The position numbers and the translations under genes were made by a program. DNA of 58,096 nt from a virus, in the IMG/VR virus record IMGVR_UViG_3300027609_000006, positions 1 through 58,096 of that record, one strand, 5' to 3'. The notes under the pieces are model-generated. The model worked only from the letters and a program-made list of their open reading frames with translations. It made no database searches and had not been told where the DNA came from. Positions within the stretch are counted from its first letter, which is position 1, and every line of letters begins with the position of its first letter. This document shows positions 46,243 to 54,687 of the stretch, piece by piece.

Positions 46243-48312
46243 CTACGGATTGCTAATAGCCAAAGAATCCAGACGAAATTGAGACTGTGAAGCCCCACCG
46301 CCGAAGGTCACATGAAACCCGACGCCACTTTTCGACTCCGTTAAAAACGTCCCCGCCGCTTCCGAAAACACTGGAACGTAATCGACCCCATTGACCGAAT
46401 AGGAATAGGAGCGCGTCGTTGAGTTGTTTTTGATCTGAAGCCAGATGCTTTTCTGCGCCTGAAAGCTGGTCGGGCTAGCATAGGTGTTCGTGTTGAAACT
46501 GGTTGCATTGTTGAATTGGGCCACATTGAAGCCATTTCCGCCGTTGAAAACGTCGAACGTGATGAACTTCGTCCCGTCCCCGATTATTGCTGAACAGGCC
46601 GAACTAACTACCCCGTTCAAGCCGCACCAGATGTGCACCCGATATGTATACGGGATCGAAAGCGCCGTCCCGCTCATATACGCATCCGCGCAATCTCCCG
46701 TAGTCGTGCAACTGTTCGCCGTGTTCGCGATGATGTAATCCACATCGACCGCCGTCACTGTGGAGCCGTCCTGGTGCGTCCAGGTGTAGCCCGAGTTCGT
46801 GAAGCTGGTAAGCAAAACGCCCTGGCTGTCTCCGTTATAGGGGAGCCACGCCGAACCGCTATAGCCGAAGAGATGCGGTGAATTGTTCGCGAAAAAGAGG
46901 TCGCCAGCAGATGGAGTTCCGGGAAACGTGGGATACGTACCGAAGGTCACTTTGTTGCCGCCGCCAGGTCCACCGCCGCCGTACTCATACCCGATCTGGA
47001 CGTTTGGAGCCGCGACAACCGTGCCCGTGGTAGTGATCAAAATATCCAGCAAATCGCCCTGCGTAACGCTGAACGAATGCGTGAGGTCCGTGCATGTCTT
47101 CGCGCTTGCACCGGAGATTGTACAAGTCACGGCCTGTGAACTGCCGCCGTCCCGGAATGTGAAGCTGATCGAATTGCCGGTACCGATAGCCGTGCTGAGG
47201 TTTACGCCCAAGTCCGAAACGGTAGCGGTAACTGGAGCGGTCCATTGCACGTTAGCCTCAGTGGTGGACGGGAGCCCGCCGCCAACGGGAGGAATGAAGG
47301 TATTCCCCGCAGTCGGGAGCGTCACGGCTGGAGCCGAGTATCCATTCGAGGCCCCACCCGTCGCGGTCCCGGTTGAAGAAACCGTCAATGTATACGTTCC
47401 GCTGCCGGTTGGCACGAGGCTGATGTTCGACCCGGCCACAAAATTCAGAGTTGTCAGGCCGGTCAAGGGAGTTCCGTTCACCTGCACGCCGAATCCGCTG
47501 CCTCCGCTCGCGATCCACTGGAGTAGATGGCACGTCGTGGGATACCCGGCTGGCAGCGTCGGGCACGTGGTGGCGCCGCTGTCCGAGAGCACCTGCCCCG
47601 CTGTCCCATTGGTGGAGGGAAGGACGTACACAATGGCCGTTCCCGCGACATCCGCGACTGCCACGGTCACCCCGCCGGAGGTGAAGCCGTTCATCTGGAC
47701 GCTGCCGCTGAAAGCGCCATTCGCTGTGAATCCGGACGATGTCGTTACTCCCGGGAGCACGGGATTCGATGGGATGCTGATGTTGCAGGTGGCGGTCGAT
47801 CCAGTGGTGCACCCCGCGCCACTCGCGGTGATTTCGTTCGCTGTTCCGGTAATCGTCGGCCCGCCGCCTCCACCCCCCCCGCCGCCTTTGCTGATTACCG
47901 TCTGGGAGCCCTGGAGCACGCCATAAACCGTGCCCGATCCGGTTCCAGTGAAGACGACACGGAGCCATGGGGTTGCCACCGTCCCATTCGTAAAGGTGGC
48001 GACACCAGTTGTGGTGAGAGGGTTAGAGCCGGTCGCCGTCGTTCCCGTGTATGTGCCGAAGGTTCCCGGTGTGGAGGTCGTTGCCGCGAGCGCGCTTTGA
48101 AGCGTAACGGTGAAGGAACCGAAGCCCGCGTTGTAAACCGTCAACGTGAACTTGTCGCAACCAATTTGCTGGTTTGGCAGGTTCGCGCTGGTCAGATGTG
48201 TCGCGTCGAATGTGAAATTCAACGTACACGGTGGAATGATGGTGCTCTGGGTTGGTTGGGCGAAGCAGAGTGGGGCTATGAGCAGAGTAAGCAGTAGTTT
48301 CAGGGTCTGCAT
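46243..48312 (-). CDS. Secreted 689-aa Thr/Gly/Ser-rich beta protein (adhesin, spike or fibre-like)
   Basis: Signal peptide MQTLKLLLTLLIAPLCFAQP, poly-Gly tracts, no named domain. Confidence 0.8.
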   Translation of the reverse strand: MQTLKLLLTLLIAPLCFAQPTQSTIIPPCTLNFTFDATHLTSANLPNQQIGCDKFTLTVYNAGFGSFTVTLQSALAATTSTPGTFGTYTGTTATGSNPLTTTGVATFTNGTVATPWLRVVFTGTGSGTVYGVLQGSQTVISKGGGGGGGGGPTITGTANEITASGAGCTTGSTATCNISIPSNPVLPGVTTSSGFTANGAFSGSVQMNGFTSGGVTVAVADVAGTAIVYVLPSTNGTAGQVLSDSGATTCPTLPAGYPTTCHLLQWIASGGSGFGVQVNGTPLTGLTTLNFVAGSNISLVPTGSGTYTLTVSSTGTATGGASNGYSAPAVTLPTAGNTFIPPVGGGLPSTTEANVQWTAPVTATVSDLGVNLSTAIGTGNSISFTFRDGGSSQAVTCTISGASAKTCTDLTHSFSVTQGDLLDILITTTGTVVAAPNVQIGYEYGGGGPGGGNKVTFGTYPTFPGTPSAGDLFFANNSPHLFGYSGSAWLPYNGDSQGVLLTSFTNSGYTWTHQDGSTVTAVDVDYIIANTANSCTTTGDCADAYMSGTALSIPYTYRVHIWCGLNGVVSSACSAIIGDGTKFITFDVFNGGNGFNVAQFNNATSFNTNTYASPTSFQAQKSIWLQIKNNSTTRSYSYSVNGVDYVPVFSEAAGTFLTESKSGVGFHVTFGGGASQSQFRLDSLAISNP

Positions 48313-48328
48313 GGGGTGTATTTTACAT

Positions 48329-48389
48329 GATTTGGCCTCAAAGAGATAGGGGCTTCGCGCGGGGTTTGAAGCGTTCGACCAGGTGGGGT
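48329..48389 (-). repeat. SAR arm, R-form
   Basis: Minus strand CCCCACCTGGTCGAACGCTTC..CTTTGAGGCCAAATC, then ATGTAA. The real ATG 48312 lies 15 nt later. Confidence 0.8.
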
Positions 48390-48396
48390 TTTGCGG

Positions 48397-48903
48397 CTAA
48401 CAATAACACCGGAAGAAATATCTTCGTTCTTCGAGTTCCACATGTTTGCCTGTCACTTTCTCGAAATGGTACCAGAACTCTCCGGGCAAATCGAATCTGA
48501 TTTCGTTGTCTCCATCGAAAGCGCCGTCCAATAAATCGCTATAGGGCGTTTCTTGTTCCTTGGCAAAGTTCCGTAGATACGCCTCGGAAAGGGATATTTC
48601 ATCGCTCGTTCGGAATGCAGGATGAGCCCATTCGTGTCGAAGCGATGTAACTGTATTTGGATAAAGAAGCAGCCAGAAACAAGCTCCCTTCGGAATGGAT
48701 CTACGCAGGAAGGGATCAGCAATCCCGATGGGCTCCACTTGATCGCTGGACTTGTGGACGACATCGCACTTTCCAGTTTCAAATCCGATATGGTCTCCTG
48801 GCTTAATGTCCTCTCCTGCGATCACCGGGGCAATTGCCACATGAACCGCATCGCGATGCTCGGTACCTTTGATCATTTCGCCAATGTTTATCGAATTGCT
48901 CAT
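48397..48903 (-). CDS. Hypothetical protein
   Basis: ORF 48397..48954 trimmed to MSNSINIG. Confidence 0.6.
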   Translation of the reverse strand: MSNSINIGEMIKGTEHRDAVHVAIAPVIAGEDIKPGDHIGFETGKCDVVHKSSDQVEPIGIADPFLRRSIPKGACFWLLLYPNTVTSLRHEWAHPAFRTSDEISLSEAYLRNFAKEQETPYSDLLDGAFDGDNEIRFDLPGEFWYHFEKVTGKHVELEERRYFFRCYC

Positions 48904-48918
48904 AGATGATCTATGAAT

Positions 48919-48978
48919 CCTTAGCGCGAACGGAAGTGCAGTCGCCCAAAACACTCAGACCGAGAAGAGCGCCAACAA
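48919..48978 (-). repeat. SAR arm, F-form, d-type
   Basis: Minus strand TTGTTGGCGCTCTTCTCGG..CCGTTCGCGCTAAGGATTC. Its 5' part encodes the peptidase C-terminus. Confidence 0.75.
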
Positions 48979-50076
48979 ATCATCTCCATTCGGTGCTCCC
49001 AATCCTGAACACGCATCCGGTCCTCTTCGTGCCGAGTACGTCCCATTCTCTCCCCGCGTGATGTCCACAAAGCAATTGGGATTCAGAAACAGCTTCGGAG
49101 TCACAAATCCCAGTTTTTTTCCGAACGACGCGAACAACCCCGCATACAGTGGCGCAACCGCGCTCGTGCCCCCGATCACTTGTGACTGACCATAGACCAC
49201 GATTTGATACCCAGTATTGGGATCGGCGTTGGCCGTGACATCGGGAACCATCCGACCCAATCCCGCCGGCGGCTTCGGCGCGCCAATCTGAAAACTCTGC
49301 ACCGGGAAGAACGTTGAGAACCCGCCACCTGTCCCTTCGCCATTAGTCGTTCCCGGATTGTTGTTCCAAACCGTTTCGGAGTTCGTGACCTTCGTGGTTC
49401 CTCCGCAACCAACCACATGGGGACAGGAAGCCGGCGCATCGACGTTTGCCGCATTTGGTCCGCCATCCGAGGAGTCGTTATCCCCCGCCGCCGCGAACAC
49501 CGCCATGCCCGCAGTAACGGCCGCCAGAGCCGCGCTCTCCATCTGCTGGAGCCCTGCGTTGCCCCAATCCGCTTCGTCAGCTCCCCAGGAGATCGAGCAC
49601 ACGTCGCAGCCGTCGTTCATTGCCGCAGTGAGAGCTGGTGCGATGTCTTGCGCCCAGTAGACGCGGATGTTCGCCTGTTTGCCGGTGGCGTGCTGGTAGG
49701 CTGCTGCTGCTACCTGGATGTCCAGCGCCACTTCGAAGTCTGCATCGTTCTGCGGGTTTTGCAGGGAGTTCTGTGTCCCGTCGACGGAGACGTCGGTGAT
49801 GTTGGGGACGGGTTGGTTGATCGATGCGAAGAACGCGGCCATGTCGGATTGGACCCAGCCGCCGCCCAGTTCGATGATCGCGATGGTTGCGCCGCCTGGT
49901 GCTGTGCTCACTGGGAAGTGGTAGGAACCTAAGAGGGTGGGGAGTTTCCAGGGGCCAGTGTGCGGGTTGGTGATGAGACGCTGGACTGCCGCCCATGCGG
50001 AATTAACATGCGGGGCTCTCTTGAAGTATGGATGGCATTTGATCTGCCGTTGGGTGGGAGAGGATTGGGAGTTCAT
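48955..50076 (-). CDS. Sedolisin/kumamolisin-like S53 serine-carboxyl peptidase
   Basis: DFEVALDIQ, CSISWG, IGGTSAVAPLYAG. Confidence 0.75.
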   Translation of the reverse strand: MNSQSSPTQRQIKCHPYFKRAPHVNSAWAAVQRLITNPHTGPWKLPTLLGSYHFPVSTAPGGATIAIIELGGGWVQSDMAAFFASINQPVPNITDVSVDGTQNSLQNPQNDADFEVALDIQVAAAAYQHATGKQANIRVYWAQDIAPALTAAMNDGCDVCSISWGADEADWGNAGLQQMESAALAAVTAGMAVFAAAGDNDSSDGGPNAANVDAPASCPHVVGCGGTTKVTNSETVWNNNPGTTNGEGTGGGFSTFFPVQSFQIGAPKPPAGLGRMVPDVTANADPNTGYQIVVYGQSQVIGGTSAVAPLYAGLFASFGKKLGFVTPKLFLNPNCFVDITRGENGTYSARRGPDACSGLGAPNGDDLLALFSV

Positions 50077-50079
50077 TTT

Positions 50080-50140
50080 TGTTTTGGCCTCATCGGGATT
50101 CGGGATTCACGTCGGATTGGGAGCGTTCGACATTCAGGGT
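50080..50140 (-). repeat. SAR arm, R-form
   Basis: Minus strand CCCTGAATGTCGAACGCTC..CCGATGAGGCCAAAACAAAA, then ATG 50076. Confidence 0.85.
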
Positions 50141-50676
50141 TTGATCATCGATTTCGCTTTGATCGAAGTAGCAGCCAATTTCTTCTGAAGCCCTCCCAGC
50201 GCGTGCCGGTCACCCATCGATAAACTCAACGGCTTCGACCCTTCCACGCTGTGCGCCAACTTCACAGCCGTCGGCGAATTGATCTGAGACAGGAACAACT
50301 GCACCGCCGACGCGATCGCGTTCACTAGCGCCTGCACTTCCGGCCCCACGGTTGGACCCAGCGCGGGAACGGCGACATCCGCGAAGTAACCGATGATCTT
50401 CGTGTCCATCACGGAAACTGGATCTTTCGTCAGCAGCTCCGCGGCCGATTGAGATGCTGCCGTGCTCACGGCGCCCGTGTACGCCAGAATAATGTTGCCG
50501 ATTCCAGAGGGTAGAATTCCCGATGCTTCGACAATTGGGACGGCTACGGTTGCCGCAGTGCACGCGTCGGAAAGGACGGTCAAATCGGTGGAGAGTTGAG
50601 AAGTGGAGCAGGCTGAGAGGATCAGGACTGCTACGAAGATGAGGGAAAGCAGAAAGATCGTGATTGTGTTTTTCAT
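50134..50676 (-). CDS. Putative lipoprotein
   Basis: MKNTITIFLLSLIFVAVLILSAC (lipobox-like LSAC). Confidence 0.6.
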   Translation of the reverse strand: MKNTITIFLLSLIFVAVLILSACSTSQLSTDLTVLSDACTAATVAVPIVEASGILPSGIGNIILAYTGAVSTAASQSAAELLTKDPVSVMDTKIIGYFADVAVPALGPTVGPEVQALVNAIASAVQLFLSQINSPTAVKLAHSVEGSKPLSLSMGDRHALGGLQKKLAATSIKAKSMIKP

Positions 50677-50683
50677 TTGGTAA

Positions 50684-51712
50684 TTATATACATGAGTCCC
50701 GTGACATTGTGGTTTCAACGACTTCCCCTCTCAGTTCTGAAAATAACGAAGCGCGCAGGCAGTACGGGCTAAACCAGATTCTTTCCCGCGTCGAGTTCTC
50801 CCGCGCCGCGTTATCGCCCTGAGAGCCGTATCCGCCGCGCGCCTTCCACGGGATGCACTCCCAGGAAGTCGGCATGGCGTGCTCACCTTCGTAGCCGCAC
50901 AGCGCGATTCTGGCGCGGGAATCGTTACCCATTTCAATCGCCCACTCCCGGACGGCGTGTGCCACGTCTCCGCTGTCCTGCGAATAGAGGTCACTGGTCC
51001 GTTCGGCTTCGTCTGCGTAAGGCGGATCGAGGAAGACACCCGTAATGCCATGCTTGACCGTCACCGAAGGGCCGCACACCCGCTGCCAATCTCCGCAGCA
51101 TACCCTTACGCTCCGCAGCCGCTCGGCCAAGTCGCGCATATAGGCCAGCAATTGGCCGCGCCGCGTCCCCGAGGTGAGGTCGCTGGCGATGTCGCCCGTG
51201 CCCGCGTCCCCGAGGTGAGGTAGCTGGCGGTTTAGCCCTTTGCCCGCGTCCCCGAGGTGAGGTAGCTTACGATGTACGCCCGTGCCCGCGTTCCCGAGGT
51301 GAGGTAGCTGCTTCGCGCACCACCCGGCTCCGATCCAAATGCACTGTCCCCATACCCACCATCCTGCAATTTTGACATCATAAAACTCCGGGTCTACTTT
51401 CATTCGTTCGCGAAACTCAGCCTGCGAACAGAGCCATAAATGCCGGGCGTGTTGATCGGCTTCGTTCACCGGGTTGTCCGCGTGCTCTGCGACCGCCTCC
51501 GGTTCATGCTGGAGCGCCCGCCAGAAGTTCGCCACCAGACAATCGAGGTCGTTTATCGTCTCCGTGGACGGCGCGTGTGGACGATTCAGGAGCACCGCGC
51601 CGGAGCCAAAGAACGGCTCGACGTAGTTCTGAACATTGCCGAATCTCTCCCAGACCAATTCGGCAACACTCGACTTGCCCCCGAACCACGGAAATGGAGG
51701 TTTTAGGCTCAT
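50684..51712 (-). CDS. Dam-like (D12 class) N6-adenine DNA methyltransferase
   Basis: FPWFGGKS, EPFFGSGAV, FLDPPY. Has an internal 13-aa tandem repeat LPHLG(D/N)AG.G. The stop lies inside the left TIR. Confidence 0.85.
   Translation of the reverse strand: MSLKPPFPWFGGKSSVAELVWERFGNVQNYVEPFFGSGAVLLNRPHAPSTETINDLDCLVANFWRALQHEPEAVAEHADNPVNEADQHARHLWLCSQAEFRERMKVDPEFYDVKIAGWWVWGQCIWIGAGWCAKQLPHLGNAGTGVHRKLPHLGDAGKGLNRQLPHLGDAGTGDIASDLTSGTRRGQLLAYMRDLAERLRSVRVCCGDWQRVCGPSVTVKHGITGVFLDPPYADEAERTSDLYSQDSGDVAHAVREWAIEMGNDSRARIALCGYEGEHAMPTSWECIPWKARGGYGSQGDNAARENSTRERIWFSPYCLRASLFSELRGEVVETTMSRDSCI
51158..51312. repeat. 39-40-bp tandem repeat (3 good copies plus 1 degenerate) inside the MTase gene
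   Basis: Unit TGCCCGCGTCCCCGAGGTGAGGTAGCT plus a ~12-nt variable part. Confidence 0.75.
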
Positions 51713-51747
51713 TTTTTATCCACGGGACTCATGTATATAATTACCTT

Positions 51748-51966
51748 TCATTTTGAATCGGCCTCCGTCGGCTTTGTGGCTTCGTGCGGCGTGTCTCGCC
51801 CGACCATGAGGGAATCTTTTTGGGCTTTGAGGAAAGCCACTCCTTCCTCAGCAGTGTAGGGGCACCGGGTAGAGCCGAAGTGGATTCCTCCACAATTAGG
51901 ACAGTCCCCCACCTGGTGGAACGCATTCGACGCCGCGCGAAGAGTCGATCCCGATGAGGCCAACAT
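51748..51966 (-). CDS. Cassette ORF, zinc-ribbon protein
   Basis: MLASSGS..FHQVGD is F-arm translation. Contains CPNCGG..TRC. C-terminus ..MVGRDTPHEATKPTEADSK is R-arm translation. Confidence 0.5.
   Translation of the reverse strand: MLASSGSTLRAASNAFHQVGDCPNCGGIHFGSTRCPYTAEEGVAFLKAQKDSLMVGRDTPHEATKPTEADSK
51755..51815 (-). repeat. SAR arm, R-form
   Basis: Minus strand GATTCCCTCATGGTCGGGCGAG..GCCGACGGAGGCCGATTC. Its tail AAAATGAAA is the TIR target. Confidence 0.85.
51906..51966 (-). repeat. SAR arm, F-form (translated)
   Basis: Minus strand ATGTTGGCCTCATCGGGATCG..AATGCGTTCCACCAGGTGGGGG. Confidence 0.85.
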
Positions 51967-51971
51967 AAAAC

Positions 51972-52214
51972 CTAAGCCGCCATCACCAACGCCGAAATCT
52001 GCGCTGCCCAAGCGGAAGATGTCGGAGGAGCAAGATATCGATTCAGAACGATACCTAGCCCCTCCCACAATCCGCGCTCCCCTTCGGACGGCGTATACGC
52101 CGCACGCTTCAGCATCACCCGCAGCTCGGCCGCGAGCACCGTGTTGTTATCGCTGGCCGGGGCTGTGGCGAGGATGGCAAGAATTTGAGTCACGAGGTTA
52201 GAAAATTTGCTCAT
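51972..52214 (-). CDS. Hypothetical protein
   Basis: AAAGGAAAC lies before ATG 52214. Confidence 0.5.
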   Translation of the reverse strand: MSKFSNLVTQILAILATAPASDNNTVLAAELRVMLKRAAYTPSEGERGLWEGLGIVLNRYLAPPTSSAWAAQISALVMAA

Positions 52215-52225
52215 GGTGTTTCCTT

Positions 52226-53320
52226 TCAAACGAGTGGTCTTTCCGATCCGTAGAGGTTCGGATCGTCTTCCGTGCGGGACACGAAGTATTGGCGGATTTC
52301 ATCACGCAGCGCCGGTTTGTTCGGGGTCAACTGGAGAATACCCTGCGAATCCGGGAATACATCCGTGTACGGGGAATACTGATGCTTCGCGAGGATCTTG
52401 TCGCGCGATGAATACGCCCGCCGCGTCTTCGATCCGTGAAAGAAGTGGTTTGCGTGCCCATCCACATACCCAACGTTTTTCTTGATGACCTGTGCGCGCT
52501 CGCGCCAGCTCTCGACATAATGTTTGTAGTCGGGGTGGTAGTTCTGGGTATGGATATCAGGCGGTTGAATGCCTACCAGAGAATAGGCCACGTACCAATC
52601 AGCGTGTCCCAGGATGCAGCGATTCGGGAATCCTCCGACCGCATCGAATGCCGTTTTGCGAAATGCGATCGCGCCTCCGGTTGCTCCCACGCCGCGGCGG
52701 AACATCGCGCCCTCGTAACCGTCTTCATCCACGACACCATTCGGCACGTTCGAGTTATGGAAGACCGGAGAAACTTCGAAGCCGTTCTGGTGGTAGTTGA
52801 AAAAGAAACCGGAGTTGTAGTGCACCGGCAGATTTTTTTGGCCGTAGATGTTTCCGGAGAGGTCCGCATAGCTCGAAAAGCATTGGACGAAATCGTAATG
52901 CTGGAGCTGGTGGATGGTTTCGAGCGCCCAGTCGTGCCGGGTAAAATGGAAATCTGCGTCGATCATGGCGCCATACTTCCATCCCACATCGAAGTTTTGG
53001 ATCACCCGGTTGGCGATGTCCTCTTTGTGGAAGAGTTCGCAGGTGGTGCGCAGCGGGATGCTGACAATTGGTCGGACGAAGTGTCCAATGTCTTCCGCGA
53101 TCTCGAAGGGGCGGGCGCCGTACGCCAGTTCACCCACGTACACTTTCACGTTCGGACTGTTTCGCAGATGCCGGATGCAGTTGTTCGCCAACTCGCGCCG
53201 GGTTCTCCACCGGAAAGGGTTGGAGTAGCAGACGGCGACGTGGAGGGTTTGGTCTTCAGACCACTCGGACCAGGGCGAGTGGATATCGGGATGATTAAGG
53301 GAGTGGTTTACCGGGGGCAT
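52226..53320 (-). CDS. Putative GT-A-fold glycosyltransferase
   Basis: AMIDADFHF (DxD-like), GATGGAIAFRKTAFDAVGGF. Confidence 0.5.
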   Translation of the reverse strand: MPPVNHSLNHPDIHSPWSEWSEDQTLHVAVCYSNPFRWRTRRELANNCIRHLRNSPNVKVYVGELAYGARPFEIAEDIGHFVRPIVSIPLRTTCELFHKEDIANRVIQNFDVGWKYGAMIDADFHFTRHDWALETIHQLQHYDFVQCFSSYADLSGNIYGQKNLPVHYNSGFFFNYHQNGFEVSPVFHNSNVPNGVVDEDGYEGAMFRRGVGATGGAIAFRKTAFDAVGGFPNRCILGHADWYVAYSLVGIQPPDIHTQNYHPDYKHYVESWRERAQVIKKNVGYVDGHANHFFHGSKTRRAYSSRDKILAKHQYSPYTDVFPDSQGILQLTPNKPALRDEIRQYFVSRTEDDPNLYGSERPLV

Positions 53321-53526
53321 TATGGTTTGGCCTTTTTGGGGTTCGCGCCTTGGACGGATTCTGATCGGACGACACTCGCGGGTTGCGGCTCGGAGAGATA
53401 TAAATCAAGAGCATCCTCCACCACTTCTCTCATGGAGCGCTCATCCGCCCGGGCTCGCGATCTCAGTCGCTCATGAAGTTCGGGGGACAGATTGAACGTC
53501 GCCTGCACGGTGGGTTCTGCTGGCAT
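53320..53526 (-). CDS. Ribbon-helix-helix (CopG/Arc-like) DNA-binding protein
   Basis: TVQATFNLSPELHERLRSRARADERSMREVVEDAL. Confidence 0.6.
   Translation of the reverse strand: MPAEPTVQATFNLSPELHERLRSRARADERSMREVVEDALDLYLSEPQPASVVRSESVQGANPKKAKP
53324..53356 (-). repeat. SAR arm, R-form, short variant
   Basis: Plus strand GGTTTGGCCTTTTTGGGGTTCGCGCCTTGG. AAGGCCAAACCATAATG junction at 53320. Confidence 0.55.
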
Positions 53527-53795
53527 CAGGCGGTGGGCTCCTGGTAAGCTTTGGGATATGCGTTCTGATTTGCGGCCACCGAAGCATCGGCGATTTGCAA
53601 AGCGCGCGCGATGGTCTGGCACGTCGGACAAACGTCCAACCGATCGCCCATCACAACCAGATTGATCCATCCGGTCTTGACTAGATGAAGTAGCGCTTCG
53701 TCCGGATCAACCGGAACGCGCAAAACGGAGATGTTGCACAAATCGCAGGTTGCCCTCATGATTCGATCTGTCTCCGGTTCCGTTGCGTCCATCAT
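53526..53795 (-). CDS. Small Cys protein
   Basis: CDLCN..CPTCQ. TGATG overlap with the RHH gene. Confidence 0.5.
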   Translation of the reverse strand: MMDATEPETDRIMRATCDLCNISVLRVPVDPDEALLHLVKTGWINLVVMGDRLDVCPTCQTIARALQIADASVAANQNAYPKAYQEPTA

Positions 53796-53811
53796 CGGTA
53801 TCGCTCCAAAA

Positions 53812-53871
53812 CCCCACCTGGTCGAACGCCCTAAGTTGCGCGTAAAAACTCGATCCCGATGAGGCCAAATT
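53812..53871 (-). repeat. SAR arm, F-form
   Basis: Minus strand AATTTGGCCTCATCGGGATCG..GGGCGTTCGACCAGGTGGGG. Confidence 0.9.
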
Positions 53872-53887
53872 ATGCTCTTGCCTAAAT

Positions 53888-53904
53888 CTGTATACCTGTA
53901 TACC
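53888..53904. promoter_or_regulatory. Tandem CTGTATAC x2 (operator-like) in a divergent control region
   Basis: CTGTATACCTGTATACC, containing two GTATAC palindromes. Confidence 0.4.
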
Positions 53905-53932
53905 ATGGGAGTCATGAAAAAGTACACACTTA

Positions 53933-53993
53933 TTTTTTGGCCTCATTCGGCATGTGTTTTCACGCTGCCTTGCTCTCGTTCGACCAGGAGCGG
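53933..53993 (+). repeat. SAR arm, F-form
   Basis: TTTTTTGGCCTCATTCGGC..CTCGTTCGACCAGGAGCGG. Confidence 0.9.
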
Positions 53994-54020
53994 TTTGTGA
54001 TTCCAGGAGGAGTGTATCGT

Positions 54021-54629
54021 ATGATGCCCGGGCCACCGGTGCGCGACTTCGACGCTGACGAAGCGTCCCTGAAAGCGAACATCGCGCTGAACGAACGACT
54101 CGCGGATTCGATCTGGCGCATTCTCCCGGGGTTCGTGACCGACTCGGCAATCCAACGGATGGGCGGGATTGAAGGCATCGCGAATGTGTTGGAGGAATTC
54201 CACCGGACTTTTCGCGACTGGATGTGCCTAGGCCTTGAAGCAGAGCTCGAAACCCTGCGTGAAGAACGTGCCCGGCCGCCCCAAACATGGAAGCCTCCCA
54301 AGCCCACAATCGAGGAACTCGCATCCGCACAGATGAACGTGCAGCGGCTGGAAGACGCAATCGCGGCCATGGACAATTTGGGAGAGAAAGAAAGCTATGC
54401 GTTCGGAGCGTATGTCGCAATGATGCGCCCCATTCTTGAAGGCAGTGTGGATCAGGCCCGGAGTTATCTCAATTCTATGCAAGCGCGAATGGACGACACT
54501 GACGACGAAGCCATCGAAACCTCCGTGTCGAACGGACCAGTGGATGGCGAAGAGAAAAATCGCGATGAGGCCAAAATATGTGCAGCATGCGGACTATCGA
54601 CATCGGAGTGTACTTGCATTCCGTCCTAG
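54021..54629 (+). CDS. Hypothetical acidic protein
   Basis: AGGAGGAG lies 9 nt before ATG 54021. An R arm sits near its 3' end. Confidence 0.6.
   Translation: MMPGPPVRDFDADEASLKANIALNERLADSIWRILPGFVTDSAIQRMGGIEGIANVLEEFHRTFRDWMCLGLEAELETLREERARPPQTWKPPKPTIEELASAQMNVQRLEDAIAAMDNLGEKESYAFGAYVAMMRPILEGSVDQARSYLNSMQARMDDTDDEAIETSVSNGPVDGEEKNRDEAKICAACGLSTSECTCIPS
54521..54577 (+). repeat. SAR arm, R-form (inside the 3' end of an ORF)
   Basis: CTCCGTGTCGAACGGACC..CGCGATGAGGCCAAAAT, followed by an ATG at 54578. Confidence 0.75.
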
Positions 54630-54687
54630 TACTATTTCTAAGGTGTTTCTCCTTATATTTCAGTACTTCCGGTCCATTTCCACATCG

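Larger units (their letters stand above)
50679..51745. mobile_element. 1,067-bp TIR element carrying only a DNA MTase gene, with 8-bp target-site duplication
   Basis: Perfect 25-bp inverted repeats: GGTAATTATATACATGAGTCCCGTG (50679..50703) and its reverse complement (51721..51745). Flanked by TTTCATTT at 50671..50678 and 51746..51753. Confidence 0.85.

Noticed and set aside
46883-47968. Long ORFs antisense to the 689-aa gene (46883..47926 plus strand; 47258..47968 and others), and similar shadow ORFs at 8474..9310, 29982..30668, 39793..40245 and 52436..53476.
   Set aside because: They are typical GC-rich antisense shadow ORFs with Arg/Pro/Gly-heavy, low-complexity translations. They have no start context and fully overlap better-supported genes.
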